DNA of 64,000 nucleotides, from the NCBI GenBank assembly GCA_041667185.1, contig JBAYFM010000008.1, positions 1,714-65,713 on the forward strand. The letters are read 5' to 3'. This DNA is from Patescibacteria group bacterium (lineage in GTDB: Bacteria > Patescibacteriota > Patescibacteriia > SG8-24). Within the stretch, counting starts at the first letter, position 1; each line of letters opens with the position of its first letter. Of the stretch, positions 26,049-35,105 are shown piece after piece. A model generated the notes under the pieces. It saw only the letters and a list, made by a program, of their open reading frames with translations, searched no databases and was not told the origin of the DNA. A program made the position numbers and the translations under genes.

Positions 26049-27190
26049 TGTTTCTTTGCCAGAGCCTGCTGGTAATGGCGCAGCGTGGCGGCGGCGCAGG
26101 AATTCCAGTCGTACTTTTTGGTCTGAGTCCGGCCTTTGGCCGCGAGTTCGGTCCGGAGTCCGGGATCGTCGGCCAGACTGATCAGTTTCTGAGCCATATC
26201 CGTTTCGGATTCAGGGTCGAAGTATAACGCAGCGTCGCCCAGGATCTCGGGCAGGCAGGTCGCCTTCGATGAGGCCACAGCCAGGCCGCGGCACATCGCT
26301 TCGAGCGGTGGCAGTCCGAAGCCTTCGCAGAGCGACGGAAAGACGTAGAACTCGGCGGTGTCGTACAGGTCGGCCAGCTCGGCGTCCGAGGCCTTGCCGA
26401 AGAAGACGATGTTCTCCGCGATCTTCTGTTTGCGCGCCTCCAGCTGCAGGCGGTCGTAAAAATAATCTTGCGCTCCGACCAGGATCAGATGATGTGATCC
26501 GTGGCCGCGGCGGCGGAAGTCGGCGAACGCGCGCAGTAGACGTTCCAGGTTCTTGTGCGGATAGGCGTTGCCGACGTAGAGCAGGAACGGTCGCGTCAGC
26601 CCTGGCGGCGGTGCGGCGGGACGGGCCTCGGTCCTCACCGCGGCGCTGAAGGCACTGCCGCAGGCTTCGTAAGTGACGGCGATGGTCTTGTATTTGGCGA
26701 AAGGGAAGACCTGTTCGATCTGATCCTGGGTATAGCGCGAGACGGTGATGATGGTCACAGCGCGGGCGATAGCGCTCCGGATGATCAGCCGATAAAAGAA
26801 ATATTTTGCGCGGAAAAGCAGGGGGCCGAGCGTCGTGGCCCGGGGCGTCGGGTGGCTGAGCAATATCAGATCATGGATCGTGACCACGAACGGCCGGCGA
26901 TAGAGCCACGGGACGTTGAAGTGGGTGAAATGCATCAGGTCCAGCCGAAAACGCCGCAGCCAGAACGGATAGATCAGCTGCTCGGCCAGTCCGTACCAAG
27001 CGAATTCCGCCAGGACCTTGTGGAAGTTCGGATTGCGCGGCGTGTATTCGCCCCAGTTGGTCTCGCGCAGGAACACGAAATACTCGTTCTCGCGGTCGAC
27101 GAGTTCGAGCTGTCGGATGAGCTCGCTCACGTACCGACCGAGACCCTTGCCCACGGTCCCGTAAAAGCGTGCGTCGATGCCGATGCGCAT
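26045..27190 (-). CDS. glycosyltransferase family 4 (GT-B)
   Basis: C-terminal EGFGLPPLEAMCRGLAV motif (E-x7-E). Confidence 0.85.
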   Translation of the reverse strand: MRIGIDARFYGTVGKGLGRYVSELIRQLELVDRENEYFVFLRETNWGEYTPRNPNFHKVLAEFAWYGLAEQLIYPFWLRRFRLDLMHFTHFNVPWLYRRPFVVTIHDLILLSHPTPRATTLGPLLFRAKYFFYRLIIRSAIARAVTIITVSRYTQDQIEQVFPFAKYKTIAVTYEACGSAFSAAVRTEARPAAPPPGLTRPFLLYVGNAYPHKNLERLLRAFADFRRRGHGSHHLILVGAQDYFYDRLQLEARKQKIAENIVFFGKASDAELADLYDTAEFYVFPSLCEGFGLPPLEAMCRGLAVASSKATCLPEILGDAALYFDPESETDMAQKLISLADDPGLRTELAAKGRTQTKKYDWNSCAAATLRHYQQALAKKQ

Positions 27191-27445
27191 GGCAGTACAG
27201 CGCGGCCTGATCGCCGAAAACAGGCCGGTTCAGTAGATATATTAATGTAAAGCCATTATAGCAGGGGTATTTAGCCTTGACCACCGGGGCTGTCCCCAGG
27301 TTGCCAGTGGTCATTCAGCAAAGGCTTTCTTGCTTAAATTTAGCTTAATTTAGCCAAAATAAGCTCGAAGTTTACCTTCCGCCCCGGCTGTGTTCTAATG
27401 AAAGCGAAGTTTCCTCGGTAAATTGTCACTGTTCAATCCTCCTTT

Positions 27446-29284
27446 ATGTGCGGCATCGTCGGTTATATCGGCCAGCGCCGGGCGGAAAATGTCTTGCTTG
27501 ATGGTCTGAAACGTTTGGAATATCGCGGTTATGATTCGGCCGGAGCCGCGACCATCCACGATGGCGACTTATGTGCCGTGAAAACCGCCGGTAAGGTCGC
27601 TTTGCTTGAGGATAAATTGTCTCGCGAGCCGCTCGAGGGTTCGGTCGGCATCGCGCATACGCGTTGGGCGACCCATGGCCAGCCGACGGACGCCAACGCG
27701 CATCCGCACCTCGATTGCCAGGGCCGCATCGCCGTGGCCCACAACGGCATCATCGAAAATTATGCGGAATTGAAGAAGGAACTGGAGTCGCGCGGGCATC
27801 AGTTCCGGTCCGAGACCGACACCGAGGTGCTGGCGCATCTGATCGAGGATTATGCCGCCAAGCTGCCGTTCGGCGAAGCGGTCGCGGCGGCTTTGAAGCA
27901 CGTGGTCGGCACGTTCGGGTTGGCGGTGATCTCGGCTTCGGAGCCGCGCCGGGTCTACGGCGCGCGCCGCGGGAGTCCGCTGGTCATCGGCATCGGCCGC
28001 AACAGCGAGGAATTTTTTCTGGCCTCGGATCCGGCCGCGGTCCTGGCCTACACCCGCGACGTCATTTATCTGGATGACGACGAGGTCGTGGAACTCGCCG
28101 ACGGCGGCGTGGAGACGTTCTCGCTCGACCAGGTCCGTAAACAGAAGAAGGTCGAATCCATCGAGTGGAGCATCGACGAGATCGAGCGCGGTCGTTTTCC
28201 GCATTTCATGATGAAAGAGATCTTCGAGCAGCCGGCGGTCGTGACGAACGCTTTGCGCGGCCGGCTCGATGCGAGGAACGGGCTTGCGATACTCGGCGGC
28301 CTCAAGGATGTCGAGGAGCGGCTGCGCGACGCGGAGCGGCTGACGATTACGGCTTGCGGCTCGGCGTATCTCGCCGGCGCGGTCGGCGCTTACATGATCG
28401 AGGAGATTGCGGAGCTGCCGGCGCGCGCCGAACTTGCGTCCGAGCTGCGTTATCGCAAACCGATCTTCGACCGTTCGAAGGAGGCGGTCATCGCGGTCTC
28501 TCAGAGCGGCGAGACCGCCGATACTTTGGGTGCGCTGCGCGAGGCGAAGAACAAGGGCGTGCTCACGCTCGGTGTCGTGAACGCCGTCGGTTCGACCATC
28601 GCGCGCGAGACCGACGCCGGGATTTTCGTTCACGCCGGACCGGAGATCGCTGTCGCTTCGACCAAGGCTTTTGTGGCTCAGTTGACGGTATTTGCCGTTC
28701 TGGCGTTGTATCTTGGTCGCCAGCGCCGGATGTCGCAAGCGGCTGGCGAGAGGATCGTGGAAGAACTTTTGGCGCTGCCGGCGAAGATCGAGCGGATCCT
28801 CGCGCAGAACGAACATATCAAATTGCTCGCCAAGAAATACGCGCGCTACCCGAGTCTGCTTTACATGGGCCGCAAGTATAATGCGCCGCTCGCCAGCGAA
28901 GGCGCTTTGAAACTGAAAGAGATCGCTTACATCCACGCCGAGGGTTACGCGGCCGGCGAGATGAAGCATGGTCCGATTGCGCTCTTGGACCTGGAGTTCC
29001 CGACTTTCGCCATCGCCACGAAAGACAGCGTCTACGAAAAGATGCGTTCGAATATCGAGGAAGCCCGCGCGCGCCGCGCGCCGGTCGTGGCGATCGCTTC
29101 CGAAGGCGACGAGGGGCTCATGCATCTCACTGACGACATCATTTACGTGCCACGGACCATAGAAATGCTTTCGCCGATCCTGAATGTCATTCCGCTGCAA
29201 CTGTTCGCCTACCACGCGGCCATCGCCCGCGGCCTCGATCCGGACAAGCCACGGAACTTGGCGAAGTCTGTTACCGTTGAATGA
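27446..29284 (+). CDS. glmS: glutamine--fructose-6-phosphate aminotransferase
   Basis: MCGIVGYIG N-terminal nucleophile, two SIS domains, C-terminal ...SVTVE. Full length 612 aa. Confidence 0.95.
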   Translation: MCGIVGYIGQRRAENVLLDGLKRLEYRGYDSAGAATIHDGDLCAVKTAGKVALLEDKLSREPLEGSVGIAHTRWATHGQPTDANAHPHLDCQGRIAVAHNGIIENYAELKKELESRGHQFRSETDTEVLAHLIEDYAAKLPFGEAVAAALKHVVGTFGLAVISASEPRRVYGARRGSPLVIGIGRNSEEFFLASDPAAVLAYTRDVIYLDDDEVVELADGGVETFSLDQVRKQKKVESIEWSIDEIERGRFPHFMMKEIFEQPAVVTNALRGRLDARNGLAILGGLKDVEERLRDAERLTITACGSAYLAGAVGAYMIEEIAELPARAELASELRYRKPIFDRSKEAVIAVSQSGETADTLGALREAKNKGVLTLGVVNAVGSTIARETDAGIFVHAGPEIAVASTKAFVAQLTVFAVLALYLGRQRRMSQAAGERIVEELLALPAKIERILAQNEHIKLLAKKYARYPSLLYMGRKYNAPLASEGALKLKEIAYIHAEGYAAGEMKHGPIALLDLEFPTFAIATKDSVYEKMRSNIEEARARRAPVVAIASEGDEGLMHLTDDIIYVPRTIEMLSPILNVIPLQLFAYHAAIARGLDPDKPRNLAKSVTVE

Positions 29285-29329
29285 TTTCAGCACTCCAGCA
29301 CTTCCTCACTCTCCCAAACTTCCACCCTT
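29281..29329. repeat. pyrimidine-rich CTCCC/CACTCC leader element (GGGAG family, instance c)
   Basis: GCACTCCAGCACTTCCTCACTCTCCCAAACTTCCACCCTT immediately 5' of the rnhB ATG. Shares CACTCCA/TCCAGCAC/CTCTCCC motifs with instances at 45240 and 63135. Confidence 0.5.
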
Positions 29330-29956
29330 ATGAGCAAAGCCGTGATCCCGACGTTCGAGGAAGAACAAGCGCTCGCAGCGCAGGGTTTTTCGTGCGTCGC
29401 GGGGACTGATGAAGTCGGCTGCGGGTGCTGGGCCGGACCGGTCATGGCGGCGGCGGTGATCTTGCCTGTCGGCGTCGAGTTGATGCTGGTGCGCGATTCC
29501 AAAGCCCTGTCGCCGGCGCAGCGGGAGCGTTCGGCCGAGGAAATCAAGGCCAAAGCCGCGGCCTGGGCGGTCGGTTCGGCTTCGGTCGAGGAAGTCGATC
29601 AGTTGAATATCCGCCGCGCGGCCGCACTCGCCATGACGCGGGCGATCGCGTCCTTGCCGATCCGGCCTGACTACGTCCTGAGCGACGCTTTCCGCATCCC
29701 GGGCCTCGACATTCCGCTCAAGAACATCATCCGCGGCGACGCCAAGGTGGTATCGATCGCGGCCGCTTCGATCATCGCCAAGGTCGCGCGCGACCGGCTC
29801 ATGGACGAGCTGGCCGCGGAACACCCCGGTTACGGTTTCGAGCGGCACAAAGGTTACGGCACCAAAGAGCATCAACAGGCACTGGAGCGCCAGGGTATCT
29901 GCCCAATCCATCGGCGGACCTACGCGCCGATCAAGAAATTTTTGGCCAAAACCTGA
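29330..29956 (+). CDS. rnhB: ribonuclease HII
   Basis: DEVGCGCWAGPV catalytic motif. Confidence 0.9.
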   Translation: MSKAVIPTFEEEQALAAQGFSCVAGTDEVGCGCWAGPVMAAAVILPVGVELMLVRDSKALSPAQRERSAEEIKAKAAAWAVGSASVEEVDQLNIRRAAALAMTRAIASLPIRPDYVLSDAFRIPGLDIPLKNIIRGDAKVVSIAAASIIAKVARDRLMDELAAEHPGYGFERHKGYGTKEHQQALERQGICPIHRRTYAPIKKFLAKT

Positions 29957-29960
29957 TCTT

Positions 29961-30335
29961 ATGAAGAAACAAGACGATTTGACGACCGTCGCGGAACTTA
30001 AGAAATGGGTGCGGCGTTTCCGCGATGACCGCGACTGGCTCCAGTTCCACGATCCGAAGAATCTGGCCGAAGCGATCTCGATCGAAGCGGCGGAACTTCT
30101 GGAACTTTTTCTCTGGAAAGAGAAAGCCGAGATCGGACAGTTGATGGACAAGGACGCCGCTTACCGGCTGGCCGTGGAGGAGGAATTGTCGGATATCGTC
30201 ATGACTTGTCTGAGTTTCGCCAACGCCTCCGGGATCGACGTGGCCGGCGCGCTCGCGGCCAAACTGAAGAAGGCGGAGCAGAAATATCCGGTCGCCAAAG
30301 CGCGCGGCAAAGCGACGAAATACGACCGGCTTTGA
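29961..30335 (+). CDS. MazG-like nucleotide pyrophosphohydrolase
   Basis: EAAELLELFLWK...EEELSDIV: EExxE motifs of the all-alpha NTP-PPase fold. Confidence 0.7.
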   Translation: MKKQDDLTTVAELKKWVRRFRDDRDWLQFHDPKNLAEAISIEAAELLELFLWKEKAEIGQLMDKDAAYRLAVEEELSDIVMTCLSFANASGIDVAGALAAKLKKAEQKYPVAKARGKATKYDRL

Positions 30336-30474
30336 GCGCTAGCGATCGATCCGACACGAACGGCAGAGCCGGGGTCAGACCCCCGGTTTTTTGTCGCAAC
30401 CAAGCCCTTGCCCGTACGTCGGCGATGTGTTAAGAAAATCGTGTTCTTTCACAAAACTTCCAAGGAGTGCCGTG

Positions 30475-31992
30475 ATGGCCAAACAGAATATCGGCTCGCT
30501 CTACCGTAAATTCGTGGCCCAGCTTCGGGAGATCGCCCTGCTCGCCTCCGCGAACAATATCGCGGAATACGACATGGAGGTCTTCATGCCTCCGGCCGGT
30601 GCAGATCACCGGTCCGACGTCATGGCGCTGATCGCCGGGATCGTCCATACGAAGCGGACCTCGGCGGCGTTGTGGCGACGGGGCGAAAAATTGCTCGCGG
30701 CCGTCGAGAACGGCCTGCTCAGCGAGACGGAAGCGATCATCGTCCGCCGCACCATGAAGGATCTTGAGCGCGAACGCAAACTTCCGAAGCGCCTGGTCGA
30801 GGAGCTGGTCAAGACCACCGGAGCCGCGCACCATGTCTGGATCGAGGCGCGCGAGAAGTCGGATTTCTCGCTGTTCCTGCCGTCGCTTCAGAGGATCGTC
30901 GAACTGAAGATCGAGGAAGCCGAAGCGGTCGGCTGCGGCGGATCGCCTTACGACGCCCTGCTCGGCCAGTACGAGCCGGGTATGACCGCCGAAATGGTCG
31001 AGGCCGTCCTCAGTCCGCTCTGCGACTTCCTCAAAGTGTTCGTGCGGCGGCTCGGAACCGGCAACGCCCCCAAGGAGCTGAAGATCCGTCTGACGGCCAA
31101 ACATCAGGCTCGGATCTCCAAGGATCTGGCGAAGCTCATCGGCTTCGATTTTCGCGCCGGCCGCTTGGACGCGAGCGCTCACCCGTTCACTTCCAAAATG
31201 CATCCGGGCGATGTCCGCATCACCACGCGCTACGATGAAAGCGACCTGCTTTCGTCGATTTACAGCACGATCCACGAGACCGGCCATGCGCTTTATGATC
31301 ACGCTTTGCCGTCCGATCAGTTCGGCAATTGCGCCGGCGAAGCGGCCTCGTACGGCATCCACGAGTCGCAATCGCGGCTGTGGGAGAATCTGATCGGTCG
31401 CAGCCGCGAGTTCTCGAGATTGCTGGCGGCGTTCATGACCGGGTCCGGCGAGGATTACGAGCTCTGTCTTCCGGATGAGGACAGTTTCTATCGCGCGCTC
31501 AACGTCGTGAAGCCGTCGCTCATCCGCACCGAGTCCGACGAGGTCACTTACAACCTCCATGTCGCCCTGCGGTTCGAGATCGAACGCGGTCTCATCGAAG
31601 GCCGGATCGCGGCCAAGGATCTGCCGGAGATCTGGAACGCCAAGATTCGCGAGTATCTCGGCGTCGAAGTGCCGAGCGACAGCGTCGGCGTCCTGCAGGA
31701 CGTTCATTGGTCGGCGGGACTCTTCGGTTATTTCCCGAGTTACGCGCTCGGCAATCTCTACTCCGCTCAGCTGCTCGAGGCTGCGGTGCGCGAGTTGCCG
31801 GATCTGTGGTTGCGCGCCAACGGCGAACAATTCACCTGGTTGCGCCTCTGGTTGTACGACAAAGTTTGGCGTCATGGCGGACTGCTGATGCCGGTCGAGA
31901 TCGTGACCCAAGCCACGGGCGCTCCGCCATCGGCTGACGCTTTCCAGCGCTATCTGGAGCGCAAATTCATTGAGATCTATCAGCTGAAGTAA
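30475..31992 (+). CDS. carboxypeptidase Taq-like (M32) metallocarboxypeptidase
   Basis: HETGHALY (HExxH), ...DVRITTRY..., IRTESDEVTY motifs of the M32 family. AAGGAG SD 7 nt upstream of ATG 30475. Confidence 0.85.
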   Translation: MAKQNIGSLYRKFVAQLREIALLASANNIAEYDMEVFMPPAGADHRSDVMALIAGIVHTKRTSAALWRRGEKLLAAVENGLLSETEAIIVRRTMKDLERERKLPKRLVEELVKTTGAAHHVWIEAREKSDFSLFLPSLQRIVELKIEEAEAVGCGGSPYDALLGQYEPGMTAEMVEAVLSPLCDFLKVFVRRLGTGNAPKELKIRLTAKHQARISKDLAKLIGFDFRAGRLDASAHPFTSKMHPGDVRITTRYDESDLLSSIYSTIHETGHALYDHALPSDQFGNCAGEAASYGIHESQSRLWENLIGRSREFSRLLAAFMTGSGEDYELCLPDEDSFYRALNVVKPSLIRTESDEVTYNLHVALRFEIERGLIEGRIAAKDLPEIWNAKIREYLGVEVPSDSVGVLQDVHWSAGLFGYFPSYALGNLYSAQLLEAAVRELPDLWLRANGEQFTWLRLWLYDKVWRHGGLLMPVEIVTQATGAPPSADAFQRYLERKFIEIYQLK

Positions 31993-32000
31993 AACTTGAC

Positions 32001-32030
32001 CCCCTCTTTCGGGAGGGGGTTTTTCTTTGC
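32001..32030 (+). terminator. rho-independent terminator
   Basis: CCCCCTCTTTCGGGAGGGGG followed by TTTTTCTTT. Confidence 0.75.
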
Positions 32031-32099
32031 GCCGCCGCGGCATTTCAGAAATCGCGGACCACAAAGTTATTCGTTTCAATGAACGGCGGGGTCCCGCCC

Positions 32100-32230
32100 G
32101 GAGGCGGGAGAACCGGAGTATATTCCGCGGCCTATGATGCAGTCTGACCGCGAAGCGGGCGGACAGTTACAAATTCGCGGCTAAGGCCGCCACTTCTCGG
32201 CGCAACCCGCATGACCGCGGGTTACAAAAA
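32100..32230 (-). repeat. orphan copy of the family-1 GC-rich hairpin element (minus-strand orientation)
   Basis: Reverse complement reads TAACCCGCGGTCATGCGGGTTGCGCCGAGAAGTGGCGGCCTTAGCCGCGAATTTGTAACTGTCCGCCCGCTTCGCGGTCAGACTGCATCAT. This is collinear with the tRNA-Ala inserts (core TGCGCCGAGA[G/A]GTGGCGGCCTTAGCCGCG identical). The neighbouring TCTCCCGCCTCCGGGCGGGACCCCGCC is also shared with 20371-20400. Confidence 0.8.
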
Positions 32231-32260
32231 AGCCGCCCGTGTTCGGGCGGCAAGCGATCG

Positions 32261-32701
32261 TCAGTTGGGACTGCGGATGCTGGCGGCGATGATGTTCGCT
32301 TCATCATCCAGCGGGTCCTGGTCCGAAGGCCAGATCGCATTGATCAGGAGGATCATGGATGGAGCGTTCGGATCTAAATGAATGAACGTCTTGCCGGAAT
32401 TGAGTCCGTCGCCAGAGGTCCAAACGAACTCGAACTCATCTTTGCCGGTCGTGTCGATCAGACCAAGCAATAGACCTTTTTTAGCCCTCATGCTGGCCGC
32501 GATTCTTTCAGCCAGATAGTGCAGTTGGGCGTTGCCGATCCAGGGAGCGGTCATGACCGAAATCATGGCCATAGCGGTAGGTTTCACGAGCATGAGCGAC
32601 CCCTCGGGCGGCCGCTGATAGTCGTCGCCGAAGTCGTCGTCGTCCAGATCGTTGATTTCGAACCAGCCGGGCAGCCGCAGCCAGTGCCAATTCTTGTTCA
32701 T
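32261..32701 (-). CDS. hypothetical protein
   Basis: 146-aa ORF with protein-like composition (acidic DDDDFGDD segment). Followed by a hairpin terminator GCCGCCCGAACACGGGCGGCTTTTTT on the minus strand. Confidence 0.45.
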   Translation of the reverse strand: MNKNWHWLRLPGWFEINDLDDDDFGDDYQRPPEGSLMLVKPTAMAMISVMTAPWIGNAQLHYLAERIAASMRAKKGLLLGLIDTTGKDEFEFVWTSGDGLNSGKTFIHLDPNAPSMILLINAIWPSDQDPLDDEANIIAASIRSPN

Positions 32702-32776
32702 TTGTCACCTCCGATTTTCCTTAAAGAGCGCCTTGGATCTTCATCCCAGGTGCGGGCACGTTAACATCTTTAACGA

Positions 32777-33913
32777 TCATTTGCCAAGCGCGGCTGTCCG
32801 GAGCAGTTGTTCCAGCGCGGCGGCGCTTTTTTCCCAGGAATAGTTTTTTGCGCGGGCGAGGCCGGCGGCTGACAGGGAACGGCGCAGCGCTTCTTCGCGG
32901 CGGATGCAATCCATGGCTTCGGCCAGTTCGCTGGCGTTGTAGGGATCGACGAGCAGTCCGGCTGCGCCCACGACTTCGCCGAGCGACGAAGCGAAACTCG
33001 CGATGACCGGCGTGCCGCAGGTCATGGCTTCCAGGGGCGGCATGCCGAAACCTTCGTAGAACGACGGATAGACGAGCGCCAGCGCGGCGGCGTAAAGCGC
33101 CGGCCGGTCGCGGTCCGGAACGTAGCCGAGGAAGCGGATCCGGTCTTTGGCCGGCGAGGCGGCCGCGCGCCGCAGGATGCCGTCGTAGAGCCAGCCTTTG
33201 CCGCCGGCGATGACGAGCTCAGTGTCGCCGCCGAGTTTTTCGAACGCGGCGATGGCGCCGGTGATATTTTTGCGCGGTTCGAGCGTGCTGAAGACTAGAA
33301 AGAATTCCCGGTCCAGACCGTAGGTCCGTCTGACCGACTTCACGGCTTCTGCGCCGGCCGGGCGGAATTCCTCGCCGGCCGCGGGACTCACGACGGCGAT
33401 GCGGTCAGCTGACAGCCCTAGCCAGTCGATGATGTCGGTCTTGGTGTGTTCGGAGACGGCCGCGATGGCCGCGGAGCGGCGGAGCAGTTCGGCCGGTCGG
33501 ACCAGGTCGTGCCACAGCCGTTGTTTGGCGGAGAAGAATTCCGGATAGCGCACGAACGAGAGATCATGGACCGTGGCCACGAGCGGCAGACGCGTCGCGA
33601 CGAAATTCAGATTCGGCAGATAAACGATGTCGGCTGGTCCGGCCAGTTCTTCGATGAGCGGTCGGCCGGCGGCGGCGACGCTCAGGTTCAGCAGGCGGTT
33701 CGGCCAGGCGTGGAACGAGTGGCGGATGGTCGGTCCGGCAGCCGGGACGTCGGCGGGATAGCGCCGCCCGGACGCGTTGCAGAAGAGGGTGTAGGCCGCG
33801 GTCGCGGGGTCGGCGGCGCGATCGAGCAACGCCGAAACCAGCCTGGCCGCGTAGTTGGCCACGCCGCTGCGCTGACCCTCGAGCATGGGGCGGGTATCGA
33901 TGATCGTTCGCAT
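32777..33913 (-). CDS. glycosyltransferase family 4 / GT-B
   Basis: EGFGMPPLEAMTCGTPVIAS motif. Confidence 0.8.
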   Translation of the reverse strand: MRTIIDTRPMLEGQRSGVANYAARLVSALLDRAADPATAAYTLFCNASGRRYPADVPAAGPTIRHSFHAWPNRLLNLSVAAAGRPLIEELAGPADIVYLPNLNFVATRLPLVATVHDLSFVRYPEFFSAKQRLWHDLVRPAELLRRSAAIAAVSEHTKTDIIDWLGLSADRIAVVSPAAGEEFRPAGAEAVKSVRRTYGLDREFFLVFSTLEPRKNITGAIAAFEKLGGDTELVIAGGKGWLYDGILRRAAASPAKDRIRFLGYVPDRDRPALYAAALALVYPSFYEGFGMPPLEAMTCGTPVIASFASSLGEVVGAAGLLVDPYNASELAEAMDCIRREEALRRSLSAAGLARAKNYSWEKSAAALEQLLRTAALGK

Positions 33914-33988
33914 GGGGTCAGTTTAACACGGACGGCCGCTATCTAGAATAAAAAAAACGGCCCGAAGGGGCCGTTTCTCTGCCATTGG

Positions 33989-35098
33989 TTAACGGCCATC
34001 AGCTGAATGCCACTTGTCGATCTCGGCCTGGATGTAGGCGGAGAGTTTCGATTTGAACAGCTCGGTGTCGAATTTTTGCGCGTGCGCCCGCACCTGGAGC
34101 GGGTCGAATTTCTCCGGCGCGAAGCGGATGATCTCGTTGGCCAGTTCTTCCCAGTTCTGTTCTTCGATGAAGCTGCCGCTCACGCCTTCGACGACCGTCT
34201 CTTCCGCGCCGCCTTTGCGGTAGGCGATCACCGGGCGTCCCGAGGCCATGGCTTCGACCGCGGTGATGCCGAAATCCTCCTCCTGCGGGTGGAGATAGGC
34301 GATGGCCTTGCGGTAGAGGTCGGCTTTCTCTTCTTCGGAAACCTTGCCGACGAATTCGATATTCTTATGCGCCAGGGAGCGCAGCTTGCCGAGTTCCGGT
34401 CCGGAACCGAAGATCTTGAGTCTGATACCGAGCTTGTTGAACGCCTGGACGACGATGTCGAAACGCTTGTAGGCGACGAGGCGGCCGCCGGCGACGTAAT
34501 AATCCTCGGTCCGCGGCGCGATGGAGAATCGCGAAGTCTCGACCGGCGGATGGATGACCACGCTGTCGCGCTGGTAGTACTTGCGGATGCGGCGGCGCAC
34601 GGTCTCGGAGTTGGCGATGAACCGGTCGACGCGTTCGGCGGCGTGGCGGTCCCAGATGCGCAGCTGCGACAGCAGGTAAGGGACGAAGGCTTTGATGGGT
34701 CCCGGCAGGCCGAGTTCTTTGACGTAGGAATGGGTGTCCGACCAGAGATAGCGCGTCGGCGTGTGGCAGTAGCAGAAATGCAGCGCGTCCGGCCGCGTGA
34801 TCACGCCCTTGGCGAAAGCCGAGGTACTTGAGAGCACGACGTCGTAGCCATTCAGGTCGTAATGTTCGGTCGCGGCCGGCATGAGCGGCATGGACCATTT
34901 GTAGTGGCGGAGCGCGAATGGCAGCTTCTGCAGGAAGGAGGTGCGGATGTCCTTGTTGTCGAAAGCGCTGCCGACGCGTTTGGGATCATGGAACAGGGCG
35001 TAGGTCGGAGCCTCCGGCCACATCTGCTGGAAAATCTGAAGCACGCGCTCAGCGCCTCCATCTTGGATCAGGTAGTCGTGAACCAGGGCGAACTTCAT
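33989..35098 (-). CDS. glycosyltransferase family 4
   Basis: EDFGITAVEAMASGRPVIAY motif. N-terminal MKFALVHDYL. Confidence 0.85.
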   Translation of the reverse strand: MKFALVHDYLIQDGGAERVLQIFQQMWPEAPTYALFHDPKRVGSAFDNKDIRTSFLQKLPFALRHYKWSMPLMPAATEHYDLNGYDVVLSSTSAFAKGVITRPDALHFCYCHTPTRYLWSDTHSYVKELGLPGPIKAFVPYLLSQLRIWDRHAAERVDRFIANSETVRRRIRKYYQRDSVVIHPPVETSRFSIAPRTEDYYVAGGRLVAYKRFDIVVQAFNKLGIRLKIFGSGPELGKLRSLAHKNIEFVGKVSEEEKADLYRKAIAYLHPQEEDFGITAVEAMASGRPVIAYRKGGAEETVVEGVSGSFIEEQNWEELANEIIRFAPEKFDPLQVRAHAQKFDTELFKSKLSAYIQAEIDKWHSADGR

Positions 35099-35105
35099 GG
35101 TTGTT

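Noticed and set aside
27191-27445. glmS ribozyme upstream of glmS
   Set aside because: The conserved core segments are not present. Recorded only as an unexplained structured leader.
27569-32079. Minus-strand ORFs 27569-29293, 29306-30151 and 30430-32079 opposite glmS, rnhB/mazG and the M32 peptidase
   Set aside because: Antisense artefacts. The + strand genes are unambiguous.
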